Assembly: GCA_035221665.1 (NCBI GenBank)
Contig: CM069141.1
Span: 25,358,001 to 25,422,000 of the forward strand
Length of the DNA stretch: 64,000 bases
Reading direction: 5' to 3'
From: Okamejei kenojei
Lineage: Eukaryota
The notes beneath the pieces are model-generated. The model worked only from the letters and a program-made list of their open reading frames with translations, made no database searches and was not told the DNA's origin. Both the position numbers and the translations under genes were made by a program. Of the stretch, positions 1 to 13,232 are shown in pieces (positions within the stretch are counted from its first letter, which is position 1; every line of letters begins with the position of its first letter).

Positions 1-799
1 GAACAGGTGCTGCTAGCACAAGCTCTCCATCAGCCTGGCTTGGGCACCACTCCTCCTCACGGAGCTGGTCCCTGTCGAGCATTCTTTGTAATAAAATCTC
101 GACCTGGGAAAGCCGTGAGCAAACGGACTCTCCTATGGAGGGTATAACCTCCATGCCCAACTCATCTACGGGCCTGACAGACTTGCCAGTGGCCTTCCGC
201 CCTACTGGCAAGCCTTCACTGACCCCAGGCAGTGGGTCCGCAACCAGCACCGGACCAGGTGTACCAGACGGGCCTCCATCCACAACACTCTCCTGGTCAC
301 TTTCCTTTCTACCTGCGGAGCGCCTCGCCGACACCTTCTTCATTTTCTGCAACATATCTCCAAGAACTCCAAACCGTCACAGAAAATGACCTGTGGTAAA
401 AATGTTTAACAAACCTTACCTCCGTTTTTAAACTTACCGCTTGGAGGAGCGCTGCTGCGAAGGGCGAAGAAGGGCAGAAGGGGGGAGAAGGAGTGGAGAG
501 AACCTTCGACCTCCTGGCAACTCACTAGGACCTCCTGGCGACACACCTATGGCACGAGAATTCTTGCTACTCTCCATGGCGGCTTCATTCTAGTCATCGC
601 TCATTTTTCAACATGTTGAAACATTTGCGGTGACCATAATGAGGCCACGACTAGTTCCCAGAATGTTCCCAGAATGCAGGAACTCCTCACGACCATGAAG
701 GCGACTACCCTGCAACCACCCGCGAACATGTGGCGACCATGTGGCAACCGCATAGTCTCCTGCAGACGTCTAAAAAGTCGCCCAAGTGGGACAGGCCCA
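1..799. mobile_element. End of a Harbinger-type TIR element; the other end is not visible in this window
   Basis: Ends in AAGTGGGACAGGCCCA followed by TAA. About 497-799 is homologous to the end of the MITE at 9705-10507 and to the reverse complement of the start of 52751-53496. Whether 1-496 belongs to the element is not established. Confidence 0.65.
2..355 (-). CDS. Unidentified open frame of at least 118 codons running off the window edge, probably TE-encoded
   Basis: ATG at 355, then MLQKMKKVSARRSAGRKKSDQESVVDGG...SRLSQVEILLQRMLDRDQLREEE with no stop. Preceded by GTAAGT/GTAAGG donor-like and TTTTACCACAG acceptor-like sites. No motif recognised. Confidence 0.3.
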   Translation of the reverse strand, partial: MLQKMKKVSARRSAGRKESDQESVVDGGPSGTPGPVLVADPLPGVSEGLPVGRKATGKSVRPVDELGMEVIPSIGESVCSRLSQVEILLQRMLDRDQLREEEWCPSQADGELVLAAPV

Positions 800-865
800 T
801 AAATCACCCTGGGATATATTGTTCATTAAAGTAATTTACAAATGCAAGTTGTTGTAAATATCAGA

Positions 866-1415
866 GACTTCCCATGCCTTCCCAAAGACATGCAGGTTTG
901 TAGATTAATTGGCCTTTGCAAATTGCCCCTGGTGTGATGAGAATGGATGTGATTGTAGAATAATATAGGACTAGTGTGAACGGGAGATCGATGTGCTCGA
1001 TGGACCAAAGGGCTTGTTTCCATGCAGTAAACTCTAAACTAAACTCTTTACCCCAAATTATTTGCATGTACAAATCTGTGAAGAAGAGTGCATTTGAAAT
1101 GGCACCTCGCACCACAGTGGCGGCACAGTGGCACAGCGGTAGAGCTGCTGCCTAACAGCAGAGATCGGGTTTGATCCTGACTACGGGTCCTGTCTGTAAG
1201 GAGTTTGTACTTTATCCCTGTGACCGTGTGGGTTTTCTCTGTGTGCTCCGTTTCCTCCCACATTCCAAAGACGTGTAGGTTTGCAGGTCAATTGGCTTCT
1301 GTAAATTGTCTGTAGTGTGTAGTATAGAACCAGTGTGAACGGGTTATCGTTGGTCAGCGCAGACTTGGTGGACCAAAGGGCTTGTTTCCACGCTGTGTCT
1401 CTGAAACTAAAACTA
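866..1415 (+). mobile_element. Two HE1/V-SINE copies (partial 866-1045, full about 1120-1415)
   Basis: tRNA-like head GGCGGCACAGTGG...GGTAGAGCTGCTGCCT...GGGTTTGATCC, central CCCACATTCCAAAGACGTG, and (CTAAA)n tail. The same unit recurs many times in the window. Confidence 0.8.
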
Positions 1416-2257
1416 AGACAACAACTTAGATGGAATAAAAAGGGATAGAAAGTGGACTATCTGAGAAGTAAAAAGCCACTGACTTCTATGATTGCAATCC
1501 ACACTCATCCGTACAAGCATAGATTTCTAGAACAAGTGTTAATAACAAGTTAATGTCTTTAAAACATGAAAGGCACTAACAAGAGGCAATGAAAATTAAC
1601 AGTGTTCTGTATTTAGTGAAAGGTCAGATCATCTGTTAAATAAATAATGTGAAGCTCTCTGACAAACAGATCTAACTAAGCCCATTGTGTTTTGCCTTTT
1701 TCGTCCAGCAGTAATTTTTTTCTTGGAGCGGTAAATAAAAGCATGCCTTTAAATATAAATAACTGACAGTCAAACAAAGAAATCTCTGCTTCCTTTCATT
1801 TATGCTTATAAACTGGTTTGTTGATAACATTGAGTGAATACAGGCTTCGCACATTGCTTTTGTCAGGATAGGGCCAGGCACTGACACTGATTAATAGAGG
1901 TGAACTTCCCAAATTACCTTGGCAGTCTTCAGCGAGGTTATGAAAAAGAGGATAATTAAATAACTCTTGTGTACTCGACTTGTCTGCTGGGAAGGGAGGT
2001 GAGCCAGCCACTGATTATTGTACTTCTCATGCCATTATCCTTTCAAAATAAATTAGGGCTGTTTAGTAACAAACTATTGAGAGAAACCCCGACAAATCAG
2101 TCTCCTCCCATAAATTCTCGTATAAGCCACTCACAAAACAGTGCAGTACTGATGCATTTCAATATAAAACATCTATTTGAAGGATTTGAAAGATATAACC
2201 ACAAATAAAATTGGTTCCTGTTCCAACTTTTCCTCCACCTCCTTATCTTTCTATCAA

Positions 2258-2583
2258 TTTGGTTTAGTTTAGAGTGTAGAGATACAGCGCGGGAACAGGC
2301 CCTTCGGTCCACCGAGTCCGCGCTGACCACCGATCCCCGCACATTTACACTATCCTACATGCACTTGGAGCAATTTATACTTACACCAAGCTAATTAACC
2401 TACATACCTGTACGTTTTTAGAGTGTGGGAAGAAACCGAAGATCTCGGAGAAATCCCACGCAGTCACGGGGAGAACGTACAAACTCCGTACAGACAGCAC
2501 CCATCGTCAGGATCGAACCCGGGTCTCCGGTGCTGCAAGCGCCATAAGTCAGCAACTCTACCGTGCTGCGCAACCGTGCTGCC
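2258..2583 (-). mobile_element. HE1/V-SINE, full length
   Basis: Reverse complement of the same SINE: TTTAG tail, GGATCGAACC B-box, CAACTCTACC head. Confidence 0.85.
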
Positions 2584-2887
2584 TTCTCTTTTTTCCCCAT
2601 TCCTACGTCAGTTTGCTCCCTCTTATTCCTGTTCCCACTCCTCCTCCTCCTGTTTTTGCCTACTATTCCTCCTTACCCCTTGTTTTATTTCTAACCCTAA
2701 CCACTCCTGTTTTCGATCTCCCTCCTCTCCTTGTCCCTCCTCGCTCCTCCCTTGAGTAAAGATAGTGACAATGACTGTACCTTCAAGATTAACAGATTCT
2801 GTGTTATCCAGGGGACTACAACAAACCTTTAACCCAGCTCTCCTGGGTTCTACCGAGCTCCTTCAGTCCGGCAAGTTAGACTTGTGG

Positions 2888-3102
2888 TTAGACACAAAGT
2901 GCTGAAGCATCTCAGTGGGTCAGGCAGCATCTCTGGAAAAAAGGAATAGATGATGCTATGGGTCAGAATCCTTCTTCAAAGGCTTTCCAACCCAAATGTC
3001 ACCTGTTTCTTTTCACCAGAGATGCTGCCTGACCCACTGAGATGCTCCAGCACTTTGTGTCTATTTTCGGTATGAATAAGCATCTGCAATTCCTTCCTAC
3101 AC
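2888..3102. repeat. Fold-back palindrome of the Penelope-end repeat
   Basis: TAGACACAAAGTGCTG..CATCTCAGTGGGTCAGGCAGCATCTCTGG is inverted against CCAGAGATGCTGCCTGACCCACTGAGATG..CAGCACTTTGTGTCTA. Confidence 0.8.
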
Positions 3103-3258
3103 GTAGACCTGTAGCTTGAGGCTCCCGGATATCTGTGCAGCATGTCATTTACAGTGTCATATAACATTGATATAGGCCATCCATCCCACCACGTTCCAGC
3201 ACTTGGCCCATGGCCGCCTATGCCAGGGGATTCAAGTGCTCAACTAGACAATAAGGTC

Positions 3259-3321
3259 CTGTCGGCAACTCTGTCGGTAACTCTGTCGGCAACTCTGTCG
3301 TCAACTCTGTCAGTAACTCTG
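3259..3321 (+). repeat. 12-bp tandem repeat, about 5 copies
   Basis: CTGTCGGCAACT units with single substitutions. Confidence 0.9.
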
Positions 3322-3369
3322 CTTCTTTTTCTTTCTCAGACAATATATTCCAAATACTCAACTCTCTTT

Positions 3370-4465
3370 GGATGAAAAAATCTCAGATCCACATCCTAAG
3401 TCTATGATTTCTAATTATATCTACCACTGATACGCGGAAAAGTTTCCTGCAGACTACCTTTTCTATAATCCCCATCATTTTTATATATCAGTCATGTCTC
3501 TCTTAACCTCCTCTACACCAAGGATAACTAACCTAGCTCCTCCAGTCTCCCAGCATAACTGAAATTCTCCCAGGAAATATCTGCACTCTCTTTAGCACTA
3601 TCAAAACTTTCCGACAGTATGGTAACTGAAACTGCACAGAGTGCTCCAGATGAACTCTGAGCAAGGCTTTAGAATGATGTAGTGTAGCCTCCCCACTCCT
3701 GCATTCAATGTCCAATAATGCAGCCCAGTATCCCATATGTCTTTGTAAGCATGATATCTACCTACACAGTTGCCTTCAACAATGTTGGTTTTGCACACCT
3801 TTTGCACACGAGGTTCCTTAATATTCCCTGGGATTCTACTATTCGCGGTGTCATTAGTACCTTCGGTGAAGATGGTTGCCTAAGACAGTGAAGATGGTTG
3901 CCTACAACAGGATATGGATCAACCTGGATTGTGGTATACCTCAGACAAGTGGTATGCGATGCATTTTGAGAAGTTAAACTAAGGCCCGACATACACAGTG
4001 AATGGCTGGGCCCCAGGGAATGTTATTGAACAGACAGGCCATGGGGTACAAGTACATAATTCCCTGAAAGTAGCAAAGCTGGCAAACAGTATGGCAAAGA
4101 AGGTACATGGTGTGTTTCCCTTCATCACCTGCGGCTTTTTCAGCACAAAAGGTGGGACATCACATTATATTTATACAAATCGTTGGTTAGGCCACACTTG
4201 GTGTATTGTGTGTAGTTCTAGTCACTGCACTACAGGAAAGATGTAATTAAACGAGAGAAGGTAAAAAAGAAAGGATGTTGACTGAATTGGAGGGATTGAG
4301 TAATAAGGAGAGATTTGATAGGTTGGATCTGTTTTCCTTAGAGCAAAGGAGGCTAAGAGATGACGTGATAGAGGTATATAAAATGTTGAGAATCCTAATG
4401 TAGACAGCCTGAGTCTGTTTCGCATGGTCCGGGTGTCTAAAACTAGAGGGCACAGGTTTAAACTT
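3370..4465. mobile_element. Old CR1 LINE 3' fragments in opposite orientations (minus about 3370-3860, plus about 3890-4465)
   Basis: Degraded ORF2 C-terminus: ALLRVHLEHSVQF on minus; GTTAGGCCACACTTGGTGTATTGTGTG and AAAACTAGAGGGCACAGG on plus. Confidence 0.65.
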
Positions 4466-6599
4466 AGAGACTGAATCTATTTAACCTCATGGTTGCAATA
4501 TAATTATTGTTTTGCCTGTGTGTGCCTGAAAGCCTGAGATGGAAATGGAGAACACTGCATTTATAATTGATATCTTTAGGCAATTGAAGGCACCAATTTT
4601 CTGATGTATTGAAGGCATTATATTCCAATTAATAACCAGGTTGATCCAATCCGAATCACTGTAAGCAAACTGCAGATAACATAAAAAGGAAGCAATATCA
4701 ATTTTGTTGTATATGATTGAAATGTCATTAAAGGTGACCTATTCACTTTCACAACAAATGGAAACTTTTTTCCACAATCATAAAATACTCTCAGTATTTT
4801 TAAAATTCCATTTTATATAATACCACCCACTATTTTTAAAACAGTATGGAATTGAATTAATGATTTGAAACAAATTATGCTTACTTAAAGAAAAATCAAT
4901 TTTGGTGCTTTTCACACCACTCACACAGAAAAAATTCATTGAATTTGGCATACATAATTACAGTAAACTAAAGCAAGTTCTAATTCAACAAAAACAAAAA
5001 CAAAATTATTAAAAATCATTTAACCTTGGTATCACTACGTTTCTAGTTTTCTCTACCTCATTAATCAAATCCTTTATAATTCATATTGCAGACACATATT
5101 GAAGAAAGCAGAATTGAGGTTCAGTTAATAAATCCATGGGCTGCTGGTTTTCAAATATACGGCAGCTTAAATCATTGGTTAACAGTAATAAACCTTGCTT
5201 GTGAGAACAGTAACAAAAGGACTGAAAGCAAAAACAATATGAGAATGTTATTGCTTTGATAAAAGTACATTGCTGATCAATAGGAGTGTAAAAGCTTATA
5301 CCATGTACTATCTAAAGCTACTAATCATCGGGGACTTTTTAATATTTACAATCCTTAACTTTGACTTAAAAAAGATATATTTGTAATTAGCAAATGTCCT
5401 TTATTTCAGATTTCATTTCTTACCTTGTTTTGTTTTCATTCTAGGTATTTAATTTAAAAATAACTCATCAGTTTTTGGCATTGCAATACATTCTCAAATT
5501 GAACCAGCTATTTTACAGAAACACGAACTAAACATTAAGCTCTTTGGAAGAGTGGGAAATAAAAATTACAATCTGCCTATGGAATAGTTGCTCACAAGCA
5601 CCTCCATGAAATAGCCTCTGATATATCTCCACTTAAACTTCTCTGTTCAATCTCTCATCTCCCACACAAGACCGTCATCATTGGAATCATTCTGCTAAGT
5701 CTCATCTACAGTATATCCACTTTAAGACTTAATATCATCAGAAAATAGGTGACTTGCATTGGACACAATACTTCAACTGAGATCAAAATGATGGCTTAAC
5801 ACAGTTTTTGCACTTCAAACCTCTCTTTTTAGGTTTGGGCTAGGTTCAAGTTTATTATTGCCACACGTACCGAGGTAGGATGAAAAGCGCTGTTTTGCAT
5901 GCTATCCAATTAGATTGGGGGGGGGGGGGCATGACGAAACCCAGCACATGCTTATTCCTTTTTCTCTTAATATTCCTAAACTGAAAGGGATTGCTGACAG
6001 CTACTGAGAAAAGGAGGATATTCTGATGAAGTGTAGTTAGAAATATTGTTTGCTTGATATCTAGCTCTGGCATTGTCTAAAACACCTTGATATGGTGCCC
6101 GTTTTCAAATCCTACTAAACATCTTCACCTGCGTGAGGGAGAAATGTGCCTTTTGTCATCCATGCTAAATGCAAACAGCTGAACTCTGCTCCCAATGCTC
6201 AGTTTTACTTAGAACAATAAAATGGTACCACATTAGAACAGGCTCCATGCTGAACATGATGCCAAGTTAAACTAATTTCCTCTGCATGTGATCCATATAC
6301 CTCCATTCCCTGAAGATCCATGTGTCTATCCTACCTAGTCTATGGAACACTAGGGTCCAGCTCTTGCACTACAATGGACTAGATTTATTTTCCTAATAAT
6401 GTTTTGCTCTAATGTCTTGTTTATTATGGCATGATTTTTCATGTTTTTTATCGCAGCATGCCTGGCCCACTGAGTTGCTCCAGCACTTTGTGTTTTCTTT
6501 TTGTAAATCAGCATCTGCAGTTCCTTGTTACCACATATAGTTCTCATCATTGTAGGACATCAGTTCCATAGACAAAGTCCAATGTCTGCAAATAGGTTA

Positions 6600-6815
6600 G
6601 AGGTAAATCAGACATACCCTCGCTTATGGTATTACTATTCTGAAGCTTGACAGCAGAGGGGAGGAAGCAGTTCCTGAGTTGGTGGTACGTGCTTTCAAGC
6701 TTCTGCATCGTCTATCAGATGGGAGCAGAGAGAAAAACAAATGACCCGAGTGGGACAGATCTTTGATAATGTTGGCTGCTTTTCCGAGACAATGTAAAGT
6801 GTAGATGGAGTCAAT
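6600..6815 (-). mobile_element. Rex1/Babar-type LINE 3' fragment
   Basis: KAANIIKDLSHSGHLFFSLLPSDRRCRSLKART resembles the conserved C-terminus of this clade and matches the copy at 47090-47510. Confidence 0.7.
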
Positions 6816-8365
6816 GGTCTGGTCTATAATACCAGGGAACCAGTGTTGCATATGTTTTACCCTTTCAGGAGCACAAACAAATCCATTTTATATAGTGAAT
6901 GCTGTACAGTGATTCTAATGAAAAATCACAAAACGTTTTAAAATGTTCAGAAACATTTTGTTTCAGCTAAAGGTACTATTTTTCCACTTCCTTCCTTCCA
7001 CTAAACCCATGGAGGAAAAATAATTCCATTCATCAAAACTGAAAGATCTGAGAACAGTTTAAAATTGTTTCACACCTCTCCCATTTTTCATGTTGAAAAT
7101 AAATAATCTGAACATGGAAAGACCAGCTCAACATGCCACTGATCGTGCTTGTAGCCTGTAACCAATTCTCGTTTATGTGTACATCTTTTGGGGACTTTAT
7201 TCACCATCAGTAGCTTATTTTACAACGCTAGATAAAATTAAAAAACACTAAATTATTGTTTCCTATTTCCCCTAGAGCACAAAATCTCACACAAATTAAC
7301 TTTTATCCACAATTATTCTGCTTGGTTTAGTACAAAAGAATGCCCTAACAACCTGTTACCCAATGGGAAGTCTGTGCTAATAAAATATTAAACACAATTT
7401 GTTACACAATCTGTTTATTAGCAAAGAGTGAACTTTAAAATGTGTACATTTTACCAAAATAAATCTTTCCAGGTCAGAATTACCACTTAATCTGGTGTAA
7501 TTTGCCCGAAACCTATTCATCCCATGCAAAAAATTGCAGTGTTTTCAGTCCAAGTTGTGCCCAACACAAATTGAGTGTCTGCCATGTTGCTGCCATAAAC
7601 ATGACAGATGAAATATGGACAGTATGTAGACATCATTTAATAATGTACTGTGCAGCAGACATTTGTAAAATTGAAACCTATGAAAGTAAAGGGATTGCAT
7701 CATGAATATATAATTATTTTGGGCAGAAAGTAAACAAATTTGAGATGAATAGTTTAAATAATGGATGAGCGTAATAATGTGTCCCCAGCGAATGGCATTG
7801 GGACATTTTCTATTTTTAATACATTTTAATGATGTGGAATTGTATGGAGAGAAGCAATCCTCAAAATGTGCACGTGACAAAACATGGAAATAAATAAAAC
7901 TGGTCGGAAAACATCAGTAGACTCCAAGAAACATTGACAGAATGGTGACATTGGCAAATTCACAGCAATAGAAAATCCACATGTAGATAGATATAAATTA
8001 ATGCAGTTTGGAAAGAAGGAAAAGGAAAAACAATTATGTACCAGTGACACCATTTTAGAAGTATTTCAGAGACACAGAGCTGGGGTTTGAAGCAAATAAG
8101 AAAGTTAAAAAAAACTACTGCAGCCCTCAGTCTGTCCCCAGCTTGCAATTACAGTTGCAGCTGATGGGGACTTTCACCAAGGATACCTTTATTGAAACAC
8201 ACTCATCTCATATGCTGCAGCCACTAAAAATCAAATGGAAACACCATTTGAATGGCAACCAGTCTGAGAGCAAGTTATTTGTGCAGACTCTGAGACTTTG
8301 AGAACAAAATCCGGCAGCACTGCATTCACAACTTTAAAACACGTCAGAAAGCATTAAACACTTAT

Positions 8366-8464
8366 GGAAGGTACACAAAAGGCTGGAGAAACTCAGTGGG
8401 TGCATCAGCATCTAAGGAGCGAAGGAGATAGGCGACGTTTCGGGTCGAGACCCTTCTTCAGACT
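8366..8464 (-). repeat. Penelope-end repeat with an intact minimal hammerhead-like core (8434-8461)
   Basis: Minus strand reads CTGAAGA-A-GGGTC-TC-GACCC-GAAAC-GTC. Confidence 0.7.
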
Positions 8465-9704
8465 TATGGAATCCTAACATCAGACAGGATGGAGTTTGTT
8501 GTTTATCCCATTTACAGTATGTAGCATAGAAGTATCCTTCCTGCTACAAAGTTCATGTTCAATGGTGAGAAGTCAGAAGAGGCAAAAGGTAGGGTGTTGA
8601 ACCCAAATTGACATAATGGACTTAAATTCAAGATTGAGCACAAAGTTGACATTGTAATCTTCCTTCTCTGTATAACTTCCACAAGATGTTAGCAGTTAAT
8701 GGGCGACTCTTGCCATCAGTGACATGATACCTGGGGTGACACGTGCAACGTGGAACATGAAATTGTCACCGCATCTCGAATGCAATGTGAAAAATGTGCA
8801 TTGGACTATTTTTGGTGTACGAGCTTTATTGAATAGTAGAAAGGAGTATACTTAGGAATAAAGTTCAATATAATTTATTCCCATATTTCAAAGGTTTATG
8901 AGATTTCTAATTTCTATTTCACAAATGTCAATGTGTCTTTAAATGATGGCATTAATAATGCTGGGAGTCAGATCTATAAAGCAGTTAACAAGAGAATGAA
9001 AAATATCTGTTAATGTCAGTATGAAATGTGAGTACAGCTGGTACAAACCTTTCTGGTGTGCATTCATTGCTGAAAATATTGTCTGCATTGGGGGAAATCT
9101 ACTTCCTTTGTGCTCTGGCTACATTGAAACAACTCTGTTTTCATCACTTCACCTATTATGTCATCAACCCGAAGCCATCTCATGATTTTGACACAAATGC
9201 CCCCACCTGCTTTCGCAATTGATTTTCCATCAATTGGTTCCTCATTCTTAATGTTCAAATAAATCCTTCCACCCCCTTTTCTTTGCTTTTAAAGCTTCAT
9301 TTGCTGTTTCTAGCCTTATCCTACAGAATTCGCAAATCAGTTCCAGTAGTCACTCCTCAGATTTTGCTGTAACATGACCACTGACCCACCTCTTTCTGGC
9401 CTCTCTTCTATTTCATTCTCTTTCAAAATACTTTACCCACTTATCAAACTCTGCAGGTGATCTTTAGATGTGGTATGAAACTTACTCCTCAACCTCGTCT
9501 GATGTTGTCTTCTTCTGCTGATAAAGACACAATTTCCATTAAACTTTCTAACAAATCTCTTCCTCACTTCCTACGAGGATTCAGATGATCTCATCAATCC
9601 ACTCTCCCTCTCTCTGGCACCATCCCTCTCTATCTCTCCATCCATCTCTGACATCACCTCATAAGTGCACTCTATTCTTTTAACATTTTCATTTCTAACA
9701 GTTA

Positions 9705-10507
9705 TGAGCGTGTCCCACTTAGGCGATTTTTCAGCGGACTGCCGGCGACTGTCAAGTTGCCGGCAGTCACCTGAAAAACCGGGAACTGAACCGGCGACTG
9801 TCAGAATGGAACACACACACAAACGCATCGCTTCCTTCACCAGCCATGTGATTTTTTTTTAGACAGCGCTCCCCCCGCTTACCCTGTCTAAAAATAACAG
9901 GGTGCAAAGCCAAGGTGATACAGACACAAACTGCCATGAACAGGAAGGTTGGCGCTGTAAAAAGATGGCTAAAGCACAGTGTACAGTCAGTCCTTTAAAA
10001 GAGGGGGTGGGAGGGGGGCAAGAGGGGGAAGAAGGGGGGGAGAAGGAGTGGAGCCAACTTTTAAGAAGCCAGAGATACATGGCTGAGAAGCTCGGCGGAC
10101 ATTTAACATTACTGGTCGGTTATCCTTGTTTCTGAAAACTACTGCTTACCTTTTTTTTCCCAATGAGCCAATGAAATTCACCGGTCAGCACTGGCTCCAA
10201 ACTACGGAACCTCCGAGAACCTTCGCCCTCCTGGCAACCCACTAGGACCTCCTGCCGACCCACTTACGGATCGAGAATTCTCATTACTCTCCATGGCGGC
10301 TTCATTGTAGTCGTCGCAAATTTTTTCAACATGTTGAAAAATTCACGGCGACCATAATGAGGCCGTGACGAGTTCCAAGAATGTGGGAACTCCTCACGAT
10401 CATGATGGCGACTCCCCGACAACCACCCGCAAACATGTGGTGACCATGTGGCAAATGCATAGCCTCCTGCAGTCGCCTAAAATGGTCGCCTGAGGGGGAC
10501 AGGCCCA
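9705..10507. mobile_element. Harbinger/PIF-type MITE, family A
   Basis: Imperfect TIRs TGAGCGTGTCCCACTTAGGCGA and TCGCCTGAGGGGGACAGGCCCA, TTA TSD on both sides, no coding capacity. Confidence 0.8.
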
Positions 10508-10552
10508 TTAATTAATCCGCAATACATTTGAATTGATTTTCTCAACTGCTTA

Positions 10553-10870
10553 ATTTAGTTTAGTTTAGAGATACAGCATGGAAATAGGCCCTTCGGCCCA
10601 CTGAGTTCACACTGACCAGCGATCCCTGCACATTAACACTGTCCTACACACTAGGGACAATTTACATTTATACAAAGCCAATCAACCTACAAACTTGTAT
10701 GTCTTTGAAGTGTGGGAGGAAACCAAAGAACTCGTAGAAAACCCACACGGTCATGGGGGGAGCGTAGAAACTCCATACAGACGGCACCCGTAGTCGGGAT
10801 CGAACCTGGGTCTCTGGCGTTGAAAGCGCTGTAAGGCAGCAACTCTACCACTGCGCCACCGTGCCGCCCC
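10553..10870 (-). mobile_element. HE1/V-SINE, full length
   Basis: (TTTAG)n tail through CCACCGTGCCGCCC head. Confidence 0.85.
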
Positions 10871-12928
10871 TGCCATGACCTCACTGAACTATTCTGCACA
10901 ATAACTATTCAATACTTCAGTTATGATCTCACAAAGTTCTGGAGTTTGTCCTTTTCTCTGTTCTTGCCCTCACCAGACCCATTAGCACTGACCTCTAATC
11001 TCTCTAGATTCTTGCTCAACATCTCTCTTCATTCAACCATGCCTGCTATTCAACATGTCTTTACATTATTTATGACACGATCATCTAAAGAATCATTACT
11101 CATTTGAAATTCCCAAATTAATCTGACCATTGCATATCGCCTTCTAGGAAAATATCATAAAGCAATTTTCTTTCCCAAAGCTCACATTTGCCGGACTCTT
11201 TAATGCATGTTCCTCTCTGTTTAAATCCTTCCTGTCTGATTTGCATCTCACCTCGACAAATGAACCAACCCAAATTCACAAGTTATATTCTAAGCAACAG
11301 TGATGGCACCTCATCTTTCAGTGGCTGTTAACATGATTAACCACACAATCATTCTTCACCACTACTCCGCCTTTATCTGTCTCTGTGACATTAACTTCTT
11401 GTGGTTCCAAGGTTTTCCTTTCTATGGTACTCACAACCTACCAAACCTTCCAAGCCTGCTATCAACACTGATCTGTCTTTATATCTTGCTCTATTTTTCA
11501 TTCATGAGATGTGCACTGCGGTGAAGAATAAAATCCCTGCACAAGTGAAGGATGCTGAAAACTTTTTTCCATCTATCTGCATAATTCTGACCTCAAAACG
11601 TAGCACTGAGAAAAATCACCCCATGATAAAGCCAGCTACTCTCAGCTACGGGAGAGTGTTGGCAGGGATTGAGAGCATGCTGTAATAATAGGAAGCAGTT
11701 GACAGGGGAACAGTTGCCAGCTTCCTTGTACAAAGGGCATTTATGTGGAGGTTGCCAGGAAGGTGTGTTTAAGGATGTGATCTGATCACCTGCGCTACGG
11801 GGAGCCCTGCAATGCAGCCAATTTTTTCTTCCAGATATGAATGCATAAGTTACACTCACCAAAAATCAATTTGCTGATTGTGCATTTTTTTTGCTTCTGC
11901 ATTGCATCAGTGTATTATATACATCAGCAGACAGCTTGCAAGCATCCTCAGGCAAGGTCTGTGAGTGTAGCTCTGACTTTGACTGTGAGAGTAGTGCAGA
12001 CATTTGTCCTTATTTGTTACTGAGGTTTGCCTGTGACCTCCAAGCACCATTACAAGCTTGTAATAGAACCTCTACTCCTCTCGAAGGCAAAGTCAGAATG
12101 GTCCTCATTCTCATAAACTTTATCCCAAGATCCTCGCATTTGCTGAATGCTACTCGCCGCTGTTTTATAGAAGTTAAATAGCACTTTTCAGGCAAAGTGG
12201 ATTCTTATTCAATACCATTTTTCCATTCACACTTGGAAGGAGCATATGGCTGCAGTGCAGGGCACCCAGAAGTACAGGCATTCATAAAGGGTGCTCATGC
12301 TCCTGGGAACATCCTGCCTTCGGTAACCGTTGGACAAGAAGCTGTCCACTGCTCTCTACGTACTCTGTTCTTCAGACATTCCTGTGCAGGTTCATCAGTT
12401 CCTCCGCGAAAAATCTGTCAACTACTTTCCATCATTGCAGCATGTATTTATTGACAATATTCTCCAACAGCTGACAGAGCTGGCGTGTCCCTTTGTGGAG
12501 CAAGGAGCTACTAACGACGGATATCTAACTGCCAATGCTCATTATTTATGTACACGAGGGAACGAGTGCTAATGAATTTTGTTTTATGAGGGTGGTGGGG
12601 GGGGGGGGGGGGTAGGCTTTTTAAAGCAGGATTGAGGAATCCCGACTGCAGTTTTAGTGCTAGAAATGTAACAGAGATGAATTTCTTGTCCAATGTCTCT
12701 AAAATCTTCCAGTTCATGGAGTACTCTATAATCTGTGGCCCAGCTAATTAAGTCTGCTATACCTTTCGCGATTCTCAGCACCTGAGAATGATGATTTCGA
12801 AATCAAATCCCTGTTTTGTGTCCTTAGATTGCTTAATTTCTGCTTCTGCACCAAATACTCTGGAATCCTGTACATTTACCCTTGTTTCTCTACATCATCA
12901 GTGCTGGAGCACGTAAGCAACACATCAA

Positions 12929-13232
12929 GGCGGCACAGGGAGCTGCAGTAGAGCTGCTGCCTCTCAGTGCCAGGCACCCGGGTTCGATCTTGACCTTGGG
13001 TGCTCTCTGTGTGGTTTGCATGTTCTCTTGCGTGAGTTTCCTCCGAGTGCTCCAGCTTCCTCCTACATCCCAAAGACATTTGTAGGTTAATTGCCCTCTG
13101 TAAATTATCTCTAGTATGTATGGAATGGATAAGTAAATGGGATAACATAGAGCTAGTGTGAAAGGGTGATCAGTGGTCAGCATGGACTCGATAGGCCTAT
13201 GAGCCTGTTTACATACTGAATCTCTAAACTAA
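12929..13232 (+). mobile_element. HE1/V-SINE
   Basis: GGCGGCACAGGGAGCTGCAGTAGAGCTGCTGCC head, GGTTCGATC B-box, CTCTAAACTAA tail. Confidence 0.8.
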
